Assembly: GCA_964035545.1 (NCBI GenBank)
Contig: OZ037768.1
Span: forward strand, 21,609,319-21,673,318
Source: Bugula neritina
Taxonomy: Eukaryota; Animalia; Bryozoa
DNA length: 64,000 nt
Direction: 5' to 3'
The translations under genes were made by a program, and so were the position numbers. Under the pieces are notes generated by a model that searched no databases, had not been told where the DNA came from, and was given only the letters and a program-made list of their open reading frames with translations. Below are positions 1 through 12,900 of this stretch, in pieces; position 1 is the stretch's first letter; each line of letters opens with the position of its first letter.

Positions 1-593
1 CGTTATGTTTCTAACTATAGACACTGCTGTGAGGCATTCCATGCGTGACACTTTTCTTGCATCTAACAATACGCACGCCTTTCAGGTAATTCTGAATATC
101 TGAAGTTGGAGAGTAAACAAAAAGCTTTAAATTTAGAAATTGTCCGCTCGCTAATACCACACTTGGAATAATATGTGTTCTCCTTATCACCATTGCATGT
201 ATTCAACAGTTTGTTCATATTTTGTTCATCAAGTTGTTGTGATAAAATAGTTGGAATTTATCCAAGGGAAGCAGAAATCTTTTTCACTTGAGAGGAAAAT
301 CCAACTTCTGAATTATTGATCATACATTTTTCATCAGTAAATTTTTTATTTTAATTGTGTGGTGCAAAAAATAACAATATTTCACTAGTTGAAATTTAAT
401 AAAAATAATTTCAATTCCCAGAAAATTTCTGATGCATGTACAGTTATCTTCTTTGTATATATTTATGTTTGATTTAACTTCACTATGTAACATGTGTATA
501 TGAGTTGGTTGAAGTCTCATTTATTATATTTGTGAATGTGTATTGTTACTGTTACGTCAATACCCCTCCCGTGACTGGCACGTATCCCTGTAG

Positions 594-3500
594 ACTAGGA
601 TCTCGCACTATTTTCAGGCTGTTAGTAAGAGCCTCCACTTTGCACTCCCTCAAATAAGCAGTCAGGTGCGCAGTGGGCTACTCAGCTCCAACTTTTCTAT
701 TCCCGATCCTCTAGAGGCACACGATACACATGCACAGTCTCTGTTGCCGTGGAGGTCGTTTGTGAACAGGTCAGTCTGTGTTGTTGCACTCTAACTCACA
801 CGGCTGTCAGCTGTTTTGTTACTTTGTGATTTTAAATGTTATTGCAATGTCATTAACAAATGGGTCATTTTACTTTATTTAGTACACATCAACAAATTAT
901 GACCAAAAATTAAAGCTTGTGCAAAATGCATTAAAGTTTATCATATGGGGCAACTTTATAGGCTGATTCTAACTAAGCATAGCAAAAAATGTTGAGAGAG
1001 GATTCATCAACATTAAAACGCAATGCCATTTCATATGAGCCAAATATTTATATGTGTGGACCCTAATAAAAAACTGGAGATGTAGAGTAGGTACTAAATT
1101 AAGTAAAATGACCCAAATAACTTTTATTCCAAATAATTTAATTTATAAATAAATATCATTTTGGTAATCAACTCTCTTGTAACTTCTGCTAAAGTAAACA
1201 GACTATCGAGTTTCGTTGAATCTTCAACGTGGTGAGTGCCATTGAAAAGAGATCACTTTGTAGATGTCTAGAAGGAGCACATCCATGTATCTGGTACCTT
1301 TTTGTTCCATTTACTAAATTTATGTATCATGTGTGTAGGAACGGCCCATACCCAACCATGCTGTGGCAGTCTCACCGTATTGAGCACCACCTACAGACGT
1401 GTCTCTGCGGGCTGAAGGATGTGGACAGACACGTGGCTAACGGAGAGATACTCGGAGTCTCTTTGTTACTGGAGGATATCCTCCAATCAGGAAACCAGGA
1501 CTCGTCTACATTTGTAGCCTTAGTGAGCAACTCGGAGAACGAGGATACCAAGTCTAAGAAATCAAACTCGAGACCAGCGAGTTCATACAGCATGGTATCT
1601 GCTGGTCGCAGTAAGTCATTCATTTATTAGCCATACTCAGATGTTGATACTTCTTCTTATGAAAGAAGGCACATACCTCAGATGCATTACAGATACAAAT
1701 AGCTAAACACTTGTCCTTGTTAAACAGGGAATTGTCTTACATTTTGTGGGACAGCTTTACAAAATGAGTGTTTCGATATAAAAATTGTTACTAGACAAAA
1801 AAGATTTTCCAGCACAATCATTTCTCTGTTTACAGTTTGCTTTTGTAATAGCCATGTTCCTGCTCTGTATTTTGTAGGTTCCCACAAGAGTAAACCTTCT
1901 TCAATATCTAGAACTAAACAGCCAATAGAAGCCTACGAGCTGCTGAAACACTTTCTCATTCTCTGGAAAAGCACTGAAGTGTTGAAGTTGGATTGGAGTT
2001 TGAGGAAACTACAAGTGAATAAGATTGACACACCACAGCTGCACCGATTGATGTGGTGAGTTCATACCAAGTGTCACTTGGCTGATTTATTCAGATGTCA
2101 CCTGCAGTCAAGTGTCACTTAGCTAGCTGTTTGATTCAGATGTCACCCGCAGTCCAGTGTCACTTAGCTGTTTGATTCAGATGTCACCTGCAGTCAAGTG
2201 TCACTTAGCTAGGTGTCTGATTCATATGCTATCTTTAGTCAAGTAATATTTTTGTAGTTCTGGTGTGTATCTTTTTGAATGGTTGTAGAAGTGTTTACAT
2301 TTAAATTTTGTTGTACATATTAGCAAAGAATACAAGGAGCACAAGCTGTTACCAACCCTCCAGAGTATTGCCAGACGTACTGGTCACTCTGACATGTATG
2401 AGGGTATAACTCACGAGACTGAGCCCCTTACTATGCCTCCTAATGTGAGTACTCTAACAGAACCCTTCCTATGCCTCTTTACAAAAACGAGTTTTGATTG
2501 AGCCCCCTTACTAAACCTCTCTCAAAACAATTTTTTTCTTTTAAACCCTTTTAAACTCTTTTTATGCCTCTTTACATATATATTTTTTAACTGAGCCCCT
2601 TACCCAAACCTCTCTCAAAACAATTTTTTCTTTGAAACTCGTTTTTATGCCTTCTAATACGAAGCTTGGTTATGCTCTTTACTCTATGTATTTTGTTCAG
2701 GTGTCATGTCATGTAATACCATTGAATATTACAATCATTCTTTAGTCTAGAAATTAAGTTACATATTAATAACTCATTTCATTGTGTAAATTTCAAAGTT
2801 AAAAGTTGAGCACTTGGAATAGTACCCTCTGAAAGAGAAACAATAAAAATGCAAACACTAGGCAAAATATGCCCACCTCAACATTAACATATATTGTTGT
2901 ATTTAAAAGAATGTATTTGAATATATTTGGCATAATATTCAAATGTACTTTTAATATGTGAATGTAGTTTGTGTAACAAAATATTCCAGGTCTCGGAGAT
3001 CGAGGTTAAAGCTGCTCAGTTGCTTAAACTAATTGAAAGTCTTGAAGATTACATGATTCAGGAAACGACTAAAAAGTTAACCAAGGATCTTAACTTGGCA
3101 TTTGCTGAGAGGGGGCGTGAAGAGAGTGCCCTACCTACAGATTTGTGGAAGCGACCGGTTAGTGGCTTTAATACTATCTCACAGTCATGCTATAACACTA
3201 TGACTAAGTGTTAAATTCGAAATGTTGTATTTTTTAGTATTAATATATAACTGGTTAGTTCTCAACATGTATCCCAATTTGTTTTGACACACCAAATGCT
3301 GTTATGCCAAAGTTTTACTATGCAGGGCCTAAAAACAGCTCACGTAGGTTTTCAGTCACTATTTCTGTGAGAACCCCTGATGGAAGTGTTTTTTAGCGGG
3401 CTAAGACTTATTCATATGAGGCACAGAAGCAATTATGACTGGACGCTCTTCCTAACTTCACCAATGGCCTTTACTGGAGATGGAACCCATGACTTCATGT

Positions 3501-6500
3501 TTACTAAGCCAATGCTCTAACCCCTAGACCACGGCTGCTCCCTATACAGGGCCAAACACAATCAACTAAGTTTATGCCTAGATACCACGACATACTCACT
3601 GCACCTGGTCTACACTATAGTATGCATATACATAAACTTGTAGAATTGGAAGGAAAACTTTACTATAGCTCGTCCTGAGATAGCTGAAAACTTTGCTGAG
3701 ATGATATGGCAGGACTCTACGGAGACCCCCGACTCAATATGTGTTCCCTTGAAAACATGGGAGAAGGCTATCAAACACCTCTCTTCAGATATCCTAGCTA
3801 GAGAGAAGCTGACATATGAAAAGTACACAGATCTAACCAGTCATTCTCTCTTATTAGTTATATATGACTTATTTTTATTTAGCTGTTATGGATAGTTTGT
3901 TAAATAAATTTCTTAAGGTGCTACTACATAGAGCGAAGTTTGTGTATAGAAATTAGCTGCCGGAGTTATCTGCCACACACAACATGTTGCCAGCAGGAGC
4001 AAACTCGAGTGACTAATATCTTAACTCTCCATGTGATAAATTGTTCCATTTTGAAATTTTTTGCTGGTTATCCTTCATATTGTGAAATTGACTGGAATAG
4101 AAATGTAAACTAAAATATGTACACACTAACTATTGCTCAGCCAATTAAATTGCTAGCTCAAGAATGTTTTGCAGTATCTGTTGAGCATGCTGCATAAAGC
4201 CCGTACAAAATAGCCTAATTTTGTGGTTATGCAACTGGTCAGTGCAGAACCTGCTTTATATGGCAGGACCTTCTTAGCAATCACAAATTTTCCATTAAAT
4301 ACAATACTAATACCAATTAAATTGTGCTTTGTTTTATATTAAATGCATGTTCACAATAACTGTGTGTATATCTTTGTGTTGTATGAAGTTGTTTACACAT
4401 GACTTACCATTACTCTGCAGTTATACGAGTTACTATGAGGGATTGCTGAAAGTCAACACGCAGCTTCTATACACAAAAGAGCAGGAAATAAAGTTGGTAC
4501 GCGATCAGCTGCAGCAGGTTGACAACAACGTTGACGTGGAAGTGCAGTGTCGTCTAGCCGACAAGAACCATGAACTTATTATGGGTAACAAGTTAACGCA
4601 AAGCTTGTTGTCAGTAAAAACATATAATGCTTAATTTTAACAAATTCATATCTCTTGATTTATATGGTGATGTTGGATGTTTTATTTCTAGAAAAAATGC
4701 CAATTGTTTTTTTAACTAGCCATTGTTAAAATATAAATATTATATCATCTAGCTGATAATTTATTTCAGTTAGACGAAAGCGTTTGTCTTTCATTTAAAT
4801 TATCATAAAAAATTATCACATACAAAATTTATTTTCCTGTTGGTTTGTTTTTTGATAATTACTGTTATTCATTATTAAAAATTTCATTGCATTTTGTTGT
4901 CAATGAGTTCCACACTATTTACACATTGTTCTGTAGAGGTAACAGCATTGAGAGCTCAGATTTCAGAGATGAAACAGTACTCTTTGGTGCAGGAGAAAAT
5001 AATCCGTGAGAGGCAGAGAGACGAGTATAATGAACTCGTTCAGAACTTGTTCCACGCCTGCTACACTCTGAAACAGAGGCTGGATGAATACAGGTGTGTG
5101 ATAGTCTCATTTGGTCCATAAGCTGTATTTTTACATACATAGTAGCATTATGGCATCTTGTGTTGGTATGAAAACTACTACAGCTAAATCATGGTTTATT
5201 TAGATACTATATTAGGCAAGAAAACATTAGCGATTGGAATTTGTAAAATATTATTTTTGTGTTTGTTATGACATCTAAAAGCAATTTTCTTTAAAGTATA
5301 ACAGACAGGGAAAAACCTCATTTTTCTATCCCTCCCTCCTCTCTCACTCCCTCACCCTTTCTCTATTACCTGTGGTAAGTACACAACAGTATTTTATTAT
5401 TTGATTCTAGGGAGGAGATATATGAAGATGTGTGTAAAAAGGTGTCAGAAATGGGAAGGGAAGCTGATCAGAATATGGCTAAGAAACTGGCTCAGAAATA
5501 TAACCACGAAGGTGATTGTAGAACTCTTATAATACTATCTACTGTGTAGTATAGCACTCTTATAATACTCTCTACTGTATGATATAATACTCTCTACTGT
5601 ATAATATAATACTATCTACTGTATAATATAATACTCTCTACTGTATAATATAATACTCTCTACTGTATAATATAATACTATCTACTGTATAATATAATAC
5701 TCTCTACTGTATAATATAATACTATCTACTGTATAATATAATACTCTCTACTGTATAATATAATACTCTCTACTGTATAATATAGCACTTTTATAATACT
5801 ATCTACTATATAGTATTGCACTTTTATAATACTCTTTACTGTATAACCTAGTAATAATGGTACTAAGTAACTATTACACACTAACATTAGGTTGTGTTCA
5901 GATAGTAATAGCAGTAGTAGCAGCAGTTTTGATAACACCATGGCTACTAATAACAGTGTCAGTGACTGCCATACTGTATGATGTTATAATTATTATAAAC
6001 TACTAAACAAGAAAATAACTTACAGACTCAGCTGAACTGAGCAAGAGAGTGACAGAGAAGGAGTTGATGATGGACCTACGCAGAGAGAACTTTGAGTTAC
6101 ATCAGCTGCTGTTTAGAATGAAAACTCTCAACACTTGGAAAGTCAATCATATCCAGTCTAGTCTGCATAGCAGGGTGAGTCACTTCCTGTCACATGTTGT
6201 GCTGTGACAGTTGCGTGCAGGTGGGTTGACACATGCTGTGTTGTGACACTTGTCTGCAGGTGAGTTGACACATGTCACATGTTGTGTTGTGACAGCTGTG
6301 TGCAGGTGACTTGACACAGTTCAAGTGACACTAATAGGCTGTGTTGGCTGATTGAAATTAATAACACATGGGAAACAACTCATACTGGACTAAATCTAAG
6401 TTTGACTGCAAAAATATAGCATAGAACAGTTTTGTTAAAAATGCTGACTCAACTTGAAAACCTTCCAGCAAAGTAGGTGGATATAGGCCCTATGGTCTTT

Positions 6501-9357
6501 TGCCTTTGATAACCAGACACTTTCAATTGATTAATTCAAATGAAAGAAATATTAACGCAAGCTACAGATGCATGGCTGCCTGAATGGTTTTATTATTTGT
6601 TTTCTTATTTAATTCTAATAGATTTACTCATTGTCCAAGATGTCTGTAAAGTTGCTAGTTGCTCATTCTTCTTTGCTATTTGCCTGTTACTGTGTGACGG
6701 CTCATGTTGTGTTATGATGCACAGTTGGACGAGATGGAGGCAGATAGCGAGTCCAACAGGAAACAAAGTGTCAAGGTACAGATGCTCGCTGAGCAGGAAG
6801 TTGTTCTACTGCGGCAGCAGATACTTGCACTCCGACGGGCTCTTAGTGACAGCGAAAAAGAGGCTGGCGAGATGAGGAAGAAACTAGACAAAGAGGTGAG
6901 TTGAAGTGTTGCATTGTGATTTTTTACATCTTTCTGGCAAAGTTGTCTTATTTTAAACCTTGCGTATAATTTACTAAATATATATTAGTTTAATGTATCG
7001 ACTTATTTTTTTAGAACTTCTACTCCCATTTTCAATTTATTTGATTACATTAGACTTTGTGTATTGTTTAGCCATCAAAGTGCCTTCGTGTAGTGTAAAG
7101 ATGGGTTGTAAGATTTTAGATGGCAAATATATCGTATGAATGCATTGTGCAAAAGATATTCATTCTAGCATTTCACATTTTATACTATAGGGTATATTTT
7201 TGTCATTCATTTTGAATGAAGTTGGTGAGTTTATCTCCAGCTTTCTAGTTATTCAACAGATTGTGAATCAAAAATTCTTTCTTTTAAGAGAACTTAAGAG
7301 ACACTATTGTATTCATATTATAAATTTAATCTCCTGTGTAAAGAGAACTTAAGAGACACTGTGGTATCTGTTTGTAGCTGAAAACAAGGAAAGAAAAGTT
7401 GTACACAGCTATGCAGCAAGCAGCCAATCAGAGGCAACTTGAGTTGGCCAAAGCAGCAAATGTGGAGAAATTGGTAAATGTCTCATTTCTGTTTCGTTAA
7501 AGCTCTTTTATGCATCCCTCAGTTTTTGAATATTTAAATCAAGTGAATCTTATCCCTAATTGCTGTGTATGCTTTTTGATCAGGTAAGTGTTCTAAATAA
7601 AACATGCAAAGTCAAAAGTTTTAAACATTTGGCCATTTTATTACAAGCTTGTAAACAACTTTATCATTCTATTGTAAGCTGGAGGAGTTGGAAGAGAAAG
7701 AGAGACAGATGCAGAAACTGGAAGTTGAACAAGAAAAAAATTTGAAGTTGCATCAGATTACTCAGGAGAAGACAAAGAAGGATGTTAATGTGATAAAGAA
7801 ACAGCTACTACATGAGAGGTACACAGGCTATTTATAGTTCAACAGGTGGTATAGTATAGTAGAACTATTTTATGAGTAGTTATATACAAGTCTAACTGTT
7901 TCTATATGGTAGAACTACTGCGTGAGTAGTCGAGTACAAATGTTAATATATAGTAGAAACTAAATTAATTATTATTCCTATTAAAAAAATTTATTCATTA
8001 TATTCAATCTATTGATACAAAATATAATAATCCTAGTTTTGCTGTGAACAAATTATAATTAAATCTTGCTGTTGTCTGTTATAGTTTTATTATGCAATTT
8101 TTTATGTTATCTGTAATTGGCTGCTTTTGGATAGCCTACCATATGCAAGTAGATTTTGTGTGTGTCGCCATTTAAGGGAATATTTTATTTTCAAGGAATC
8201 TAAAACTGGGAGCATTTCACCGAGTTGACGAGCTACAAGCGCTGGTTTATGATTATGGCGCTCCTATTACCCACAATGCACAGTCTGTGCGAGCTCACAC
8301 TGCTCTGGGTACCATGAACAATGGAATAAACTCGTCCTGTAAGTTCCAACTAATTGATGCTAGCATAAGAATGAGTGACATATATTTTGTTTACTACCAT
8401 AAATGGTAATCTCATATTTCAAATTTCTGGCACTGTTTCTATTGAATCTATATCATTCTTACACAAACTAAATGTTTACTAACTCAGTTAATTTTTTGCC
8501 AGAAATCTAATGCTATTTTCAGCCTCAGTTTTTCAAATAATTACATTTCAATTTGCTTCTAACAAGATGATAACAGATAAAACTCTCTTTGGTTATGAAT
8601 GCTGTAGCCAACACAGAAGTGGTTATTTTAGTTGAAACTGTTTCCTGTCGTATATTTAGCAATGCTGCCTAGCAGACCTGTGTCAGCTGTGAGGTCATCT
8701 TCTGCTGCTCCAATTAAAACCCGAGCTGCCGTCTCACCAGCCATACATGGCATATTATCTGACACCGGTGTGGCCAACACATCCGTTGCTCTACAGAGAC
8801 CTAAAACAGTAAGTTGAATTGTGTAATACTTGAAACTTTACTCTGGTTGGGTAAAGGTTGCTAGTCAATGGGACCATGTAGTTCTGAATCGCATTCGAAA
8901 AGTAGTTCTAAGTAATAAACCTTATGGCTTTCCATTTTTCTGGAAATAAAGTTTGTAATAAAAAGTATTAGATGGTGAGAGGTCTGGAATGATTAGAGTT
9001 GTATGCCCCTGTTTTAAAATTACAAGTTAAATTTGCAATCATGAGATTATAATGTTGGAAGGGAACCTCCATCTTATTCCAGTTTATTTGCTTATAATAG
9101 TAATGTTTGACTAATTATGCAATCTGGAGTGTTTGGAGTTGCATGCCCTTGTTATAAACTTTCATCTTTAGCTTAATTTCTATATATCTTACCCCAGTTT
9201 ACTGGTTTATAATGATATTTTAATTATACAGACAACTGGTCGACTGATAAGAAGTAGAATCGCTGAACAACTTCTCAATGACCTTGAGAAAAGTCCTCAG
9301 GAAACGTATGAAACTGTTCAGAAGTTGCAAACGAAAAATACGACCTTCATGACATAG
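594..9357 (+). CDS. Large coiled-coil protein, 3' part (16 exons, ~829 aa visible); tentatively CCDC162-like; 5' end outside window
   Basis: Exons 594-769, 1339-1610, 1878-2055, 2324-2444, 2990-3157, 3644-3822, 4421-4584, 4937-5093, 5411-5511, 6026-6174, 6725-6895, 7378-7473, 7679-7818, 8196-8338, 8660-8808, 9232-9357. All are flanked by AG/GT and join in one open frame (2490 nt) ending in TAG. Peptides include LLPWRSFVNRNGPYPTMLW, EAYELLKHFLILWK, HERNLKLGAFHRVDELQ and E/K/Q-rich heptads. Family name is from memory only. Confidence 0.85.
2069..2245 (+). repeat. ~41-45-bp intronic minisatellite x4
   Basis: CAAGTGTCACTTAGCTGTTTGATTCAGATGTCACCTGCAGT repeated just after a donor site. Confidence 0.85.
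3330..3541 (-). mobile_element. tRNA-derived SINE, family 1
   Basis: Reverse strand reads GGAGCAGCCGTGGTCTAGGGGTTAGAGCATTGGCTTAGTAAAC...GGGTTCCATCTCC (Pol III A/B boxes), then a shared body. Flanked by a 12-bp TSD ctat(g/a)cagggcc. Confidence 0.8.
5522..5845 (+). repeat. ~23-bp intronic minisatellite
   Basis: TAATACT(C/A)TCTACTGTATAATA(TA) repeated >10 times just after a donor site. Confidence 0.9.
6170..6320 (+). repeat. ~40-46-bp repeat containing duplicated donor sites
   Basis: GCAGG(G)TGAGT.....CACATGTTGTG.TGTGACA x4. Confidence 0.75.
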
Positions 9358-9487
9358 AGCAGACTCCTTCATGACATCACAGGAACCACAGCAGACTCCT
9401 TCATGACATCACAGGAACCACAGCGGACTCCTTCATGACATTACAGGAACCACAGCGGACTCCTTCATGACATCACAGGAACCAGAG
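9344..9487 (+). repeat. 32-bp tandem repeat x4 in the 3' UTR, seeded by the last codons of gene 1
   Basis: AGACTCCTTCATGACATCACAGGAACCACAGC at 9361, 9393, 9425, 9457; the core CCTTCATGACAT also encodes the final TFMT codons. Confidence 0.92.
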
Positions 9488-9963
9488 CTATTTGATTTAT
9501 ATGACTTTTAGAGTAGAAGTTTTTACTAGATCATTTGGTTGTGTGTTACACTTTACAGATACAATGGCTCAGAAATAGTCTATGTTTATCATATTTATTT
9601 ATTTATTTATTTATGGAACTATTTATTCAAAAAATATACGCATATAACAATTATCATAGCTGGACATATGATGTAGTTTTACGAATGCAAAACAAAATAT
9701 AACTCATTTGTGAGCAGATGTGGTAATACAAGTGTAATAGAAGTGTTATATAACTGTGGGTTCATTCACAAACTGTAGACTATCTCAGAGTTTAACACAT
9801 AAGATAAACCTCTAGCTTGGTAATGCTCAACTTGTCATTTGGGCTTCAGGTACAATTTATAGACGGGTTACAGAAATATCTATAGTTCTTGCCAGGAAGA
9901 ACTTTTAGTCATTACAGTTCAAGGTTATGACATTCCATCTTGTCCATAGCACCAATGCATTCA

Positions 9964-12900
9964 TTACTGCAGGGAATTTTCTAGCTGCTCTTCAAGTATC
10001 TGGCAACGCTGGAGTAAATTACTGGCAAGTTCTTTCAAGTCTCTAACTTGGTCTAATAAATGTTTGTGTGAACAGTTTCCTTGAGGGAACAGAGTTTTGC
10101 TTGGTAGAGGAATTGGCTGTGAGGCTGGTGTCTTCGTCAGCTTTTTACAGGTTGGCATTTTTTGCTTTGGAATTGTAGGGGTGTGTTGTTTTTTGTTCAG
10201 TGTTTCTTTTTGTTTCTGGCATGTTTTCGCTTTATTTATCTGGTTTATTGGTGTCTTTGTGCTATTTAAATTTCTACAGGCACGCATCTTGCTTGTTTTG
10301 GTTTGAACAATTTTGATTTTCTTTGGACCAGGTCTTGAGTTTTTCTCTGTAAGCTTTGCTGCATTAGGTTGCCTTCGGGTAAAAGACGTCTTTTCTGCTT
10401 TTGGTGGCTCGGTATTTTTTATTTGCATTTGAGTAGGTTGCTTGGTTGCTTTCAATGGACTTTTAACAGAATTTGTTGCATTTGCTTGGGATTTGAATTT
10501 ACTCGCCATCACATTTGCACCATTTCGTTTCGGCATCAGTGCTTTTCCTTTGGGGCTAGGTTTAGACAGGGTGGTAGCTGGAGGTGCAGCTTTAGGTGGT
10601 TGAGTAGTGACTGGTCGTTTGTTGATGTTAGACGGTGCAGCAGGAAACACTTTATTCTTTGTGGATCCTTTAAAGAAAGACCCGAGAGATGCCAACTTCT
10701 TTTTGAAGGATGATTTTGGAGAGGCCTTGATTCCATGTGATACTGGCTGGGTTGGTGGAGCATATGATGTACTTGGCCCATCATTATTGTAGTATATTTT
10801 AGGAGAGATGGGAGTGTATTTGGTTAGATATCTATCCATCTCCTTTTTCAGCCAAACATATCCAGCCGCGTCATCTCTGTAATTATTTAAGATCACATGA
10901 CATTAGAGTCTCAGACTTTATAGCGACTTTAGCAGAAAAGCACCAAATGGGAACAAGTATAATGAGGAAACCAACATTATTCAGAGCACTAATCTGTTTT
11001 CATTAGCTCAGTCTCTGTTGCAAAAACTGCTAATGCCATACTGACCTCCACAATTACAGGAGGAGACACCCTTATCTCTCAGAACAAAATTAGGCTAACA
11101 GTTACTTAGTAATGAAGATATAGAATAATATAATAGTAAAGCCATCAACAAACCTTTTATCTTCAGAGTTAGTATCAGAAACAAGAGTTTCATTTGACAG
11201 AGGGTAGCCATAAGCATCTCTCCCTTCACCATAGTCACCATTACTTGCCTTATTCCAGTGCTTTGGAGTTGTTCTACAAATAAAGCTTCAAAATTATTCT
11301 TGTTGTTTGCTGTGGAAAATATTATTTTTGTTTTGTAAATAGTTCACTTTGCAAAGAAATAGGGTTAGATCGTTTTAGTTTGTTTCTAGCTGTCCCTTTT
11401 ATATAATCACAACTCTCAATCATTGTAAGCAATGTTTTGAGTAAAATAATTTTTGTAGTGGGAAGCATTAATTAAGATAATTTTATATAAATTTAACACA
11501 GTGTATATATTCAACTCAAGGTTGTGTATTTAAAGTGGGATAATTTAAATAAGAAACTGTATAACATAATAACATAGCTTGTCACCTCACCTCTCCCTGG
11601 CTGAGTAATCATAGGAGGAACTGTTTTCATGAGGAAGAGAATAGCCATACGAGTCATTCACTTTGCTGGTAGAAGCTACCCCTGTCCAGCATTGTCTGGG
11701 CACAGCTCTGTAAATAAATTCCTCATAAAAATTAGTCTACATAATAAATCAAAATATATTCTATGTTGTATCATCTTGTGTCATTATATGGTTTTAAAAT
11801 GTTTGTGTGAGCACCATTAGTTCATGAAACTGCTGGTCTTCAAAATATCACTTTACGGTATATTCAAAAGCATAAAAAAGCATTGAAGCTGAATTATCAA
11901 ATTATCACCTTTCACCAGCACAAATGTTGTGAGAGACAGAACTCTCTTGAGAAAGAGGGTAGTCGTGTGGATAATTTCTTCTGCTGTTAGATCCATCACT
12001 AGTTTCAGTCCAATAGTTACTTGGAACTATTCTGTTAATTATATTGATTGCATAGTTAGAATGTCAAATATAATGAGGCAAGCTAATTTCCTATTCAGCC
12101 TTAGCTGACTTTCAAACTTTTTGCAAAGATATTATAATGTTTTTATGCTGTGCTTTTCTTTTTAATGCTTGTGGCAATAGCAAAGCTTTCTTTATTAATA
12201 CAGTTACAAACATTTCGTTTCTATTGTCATTAATTCTTGCAGATAATAACTAAAATTTTATGAATTTTCAAATAAATTTTATTCAAAGTAGATTTTACAG
12301 CTTTGTAGCTATCAGCTTAATCAACAACATGTGAAATTAAAAAATGTTTAAATATATTCGGTTAGCTACCTTCTCTCCTGGGAGTTGTCTTCACTACATC
12401 TCTTACCATAGCTCCTTTCGCTGACCAACCTGTCACCATAGTTAGGGTTGTAGAGATCATATTGTTGATAAGATTCACCTGAGTTAATAACTTCAAGGAA
12501 GGTGGCAGGAGCCAAACTACAAATTATATTACCCATTCTTGAGTTATATACAAGCAGAATATTTGTAATATGATATCTCATCCTATGAACAAGTGGTTTT
12601 CACATAATTTTTTTTGTACTATTTGCGTTCAACATATAAAAATATTGTAGCATACCAATAATTATATAAAAACAAAAAAAAGTTGATGAGTCACCTTTCA
12701 CCAGCAGAATATCTATCAGTTATGGAGGTTTCATCAGAGAGCAGAGAGGTGAGAAGATAACTCCCTCTGTTAGTCTTGGTCCAGTGTTTAAGAGGAGCTC
12801 TAAACGTAACACAATTTGTTGTAAATAGTCAATTCGTGTTTATTTGTTTGAGAAAATTAAACAATAATAAGCTTTGGAGGTAAATACTTGGTTACAATGA

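Noticed and set aside
11-520. Short minus-strand ORFs at the window start
   Set aside because: No recognisable motif or splice partner; probably intronic to gene 1.
9361-9487. 32-bp repeats (and the 30-bp arrays) as a CRISPR-like array
   Set aside because: Head-to-tail units with no unique spacers, no cas genes, and a eukaryotic context.
10097-10792. Plus-strand hydrophobic ORFs opposite the 310-aa ORF
   Set aside because: Antisense shadows of Lys-rich codons.
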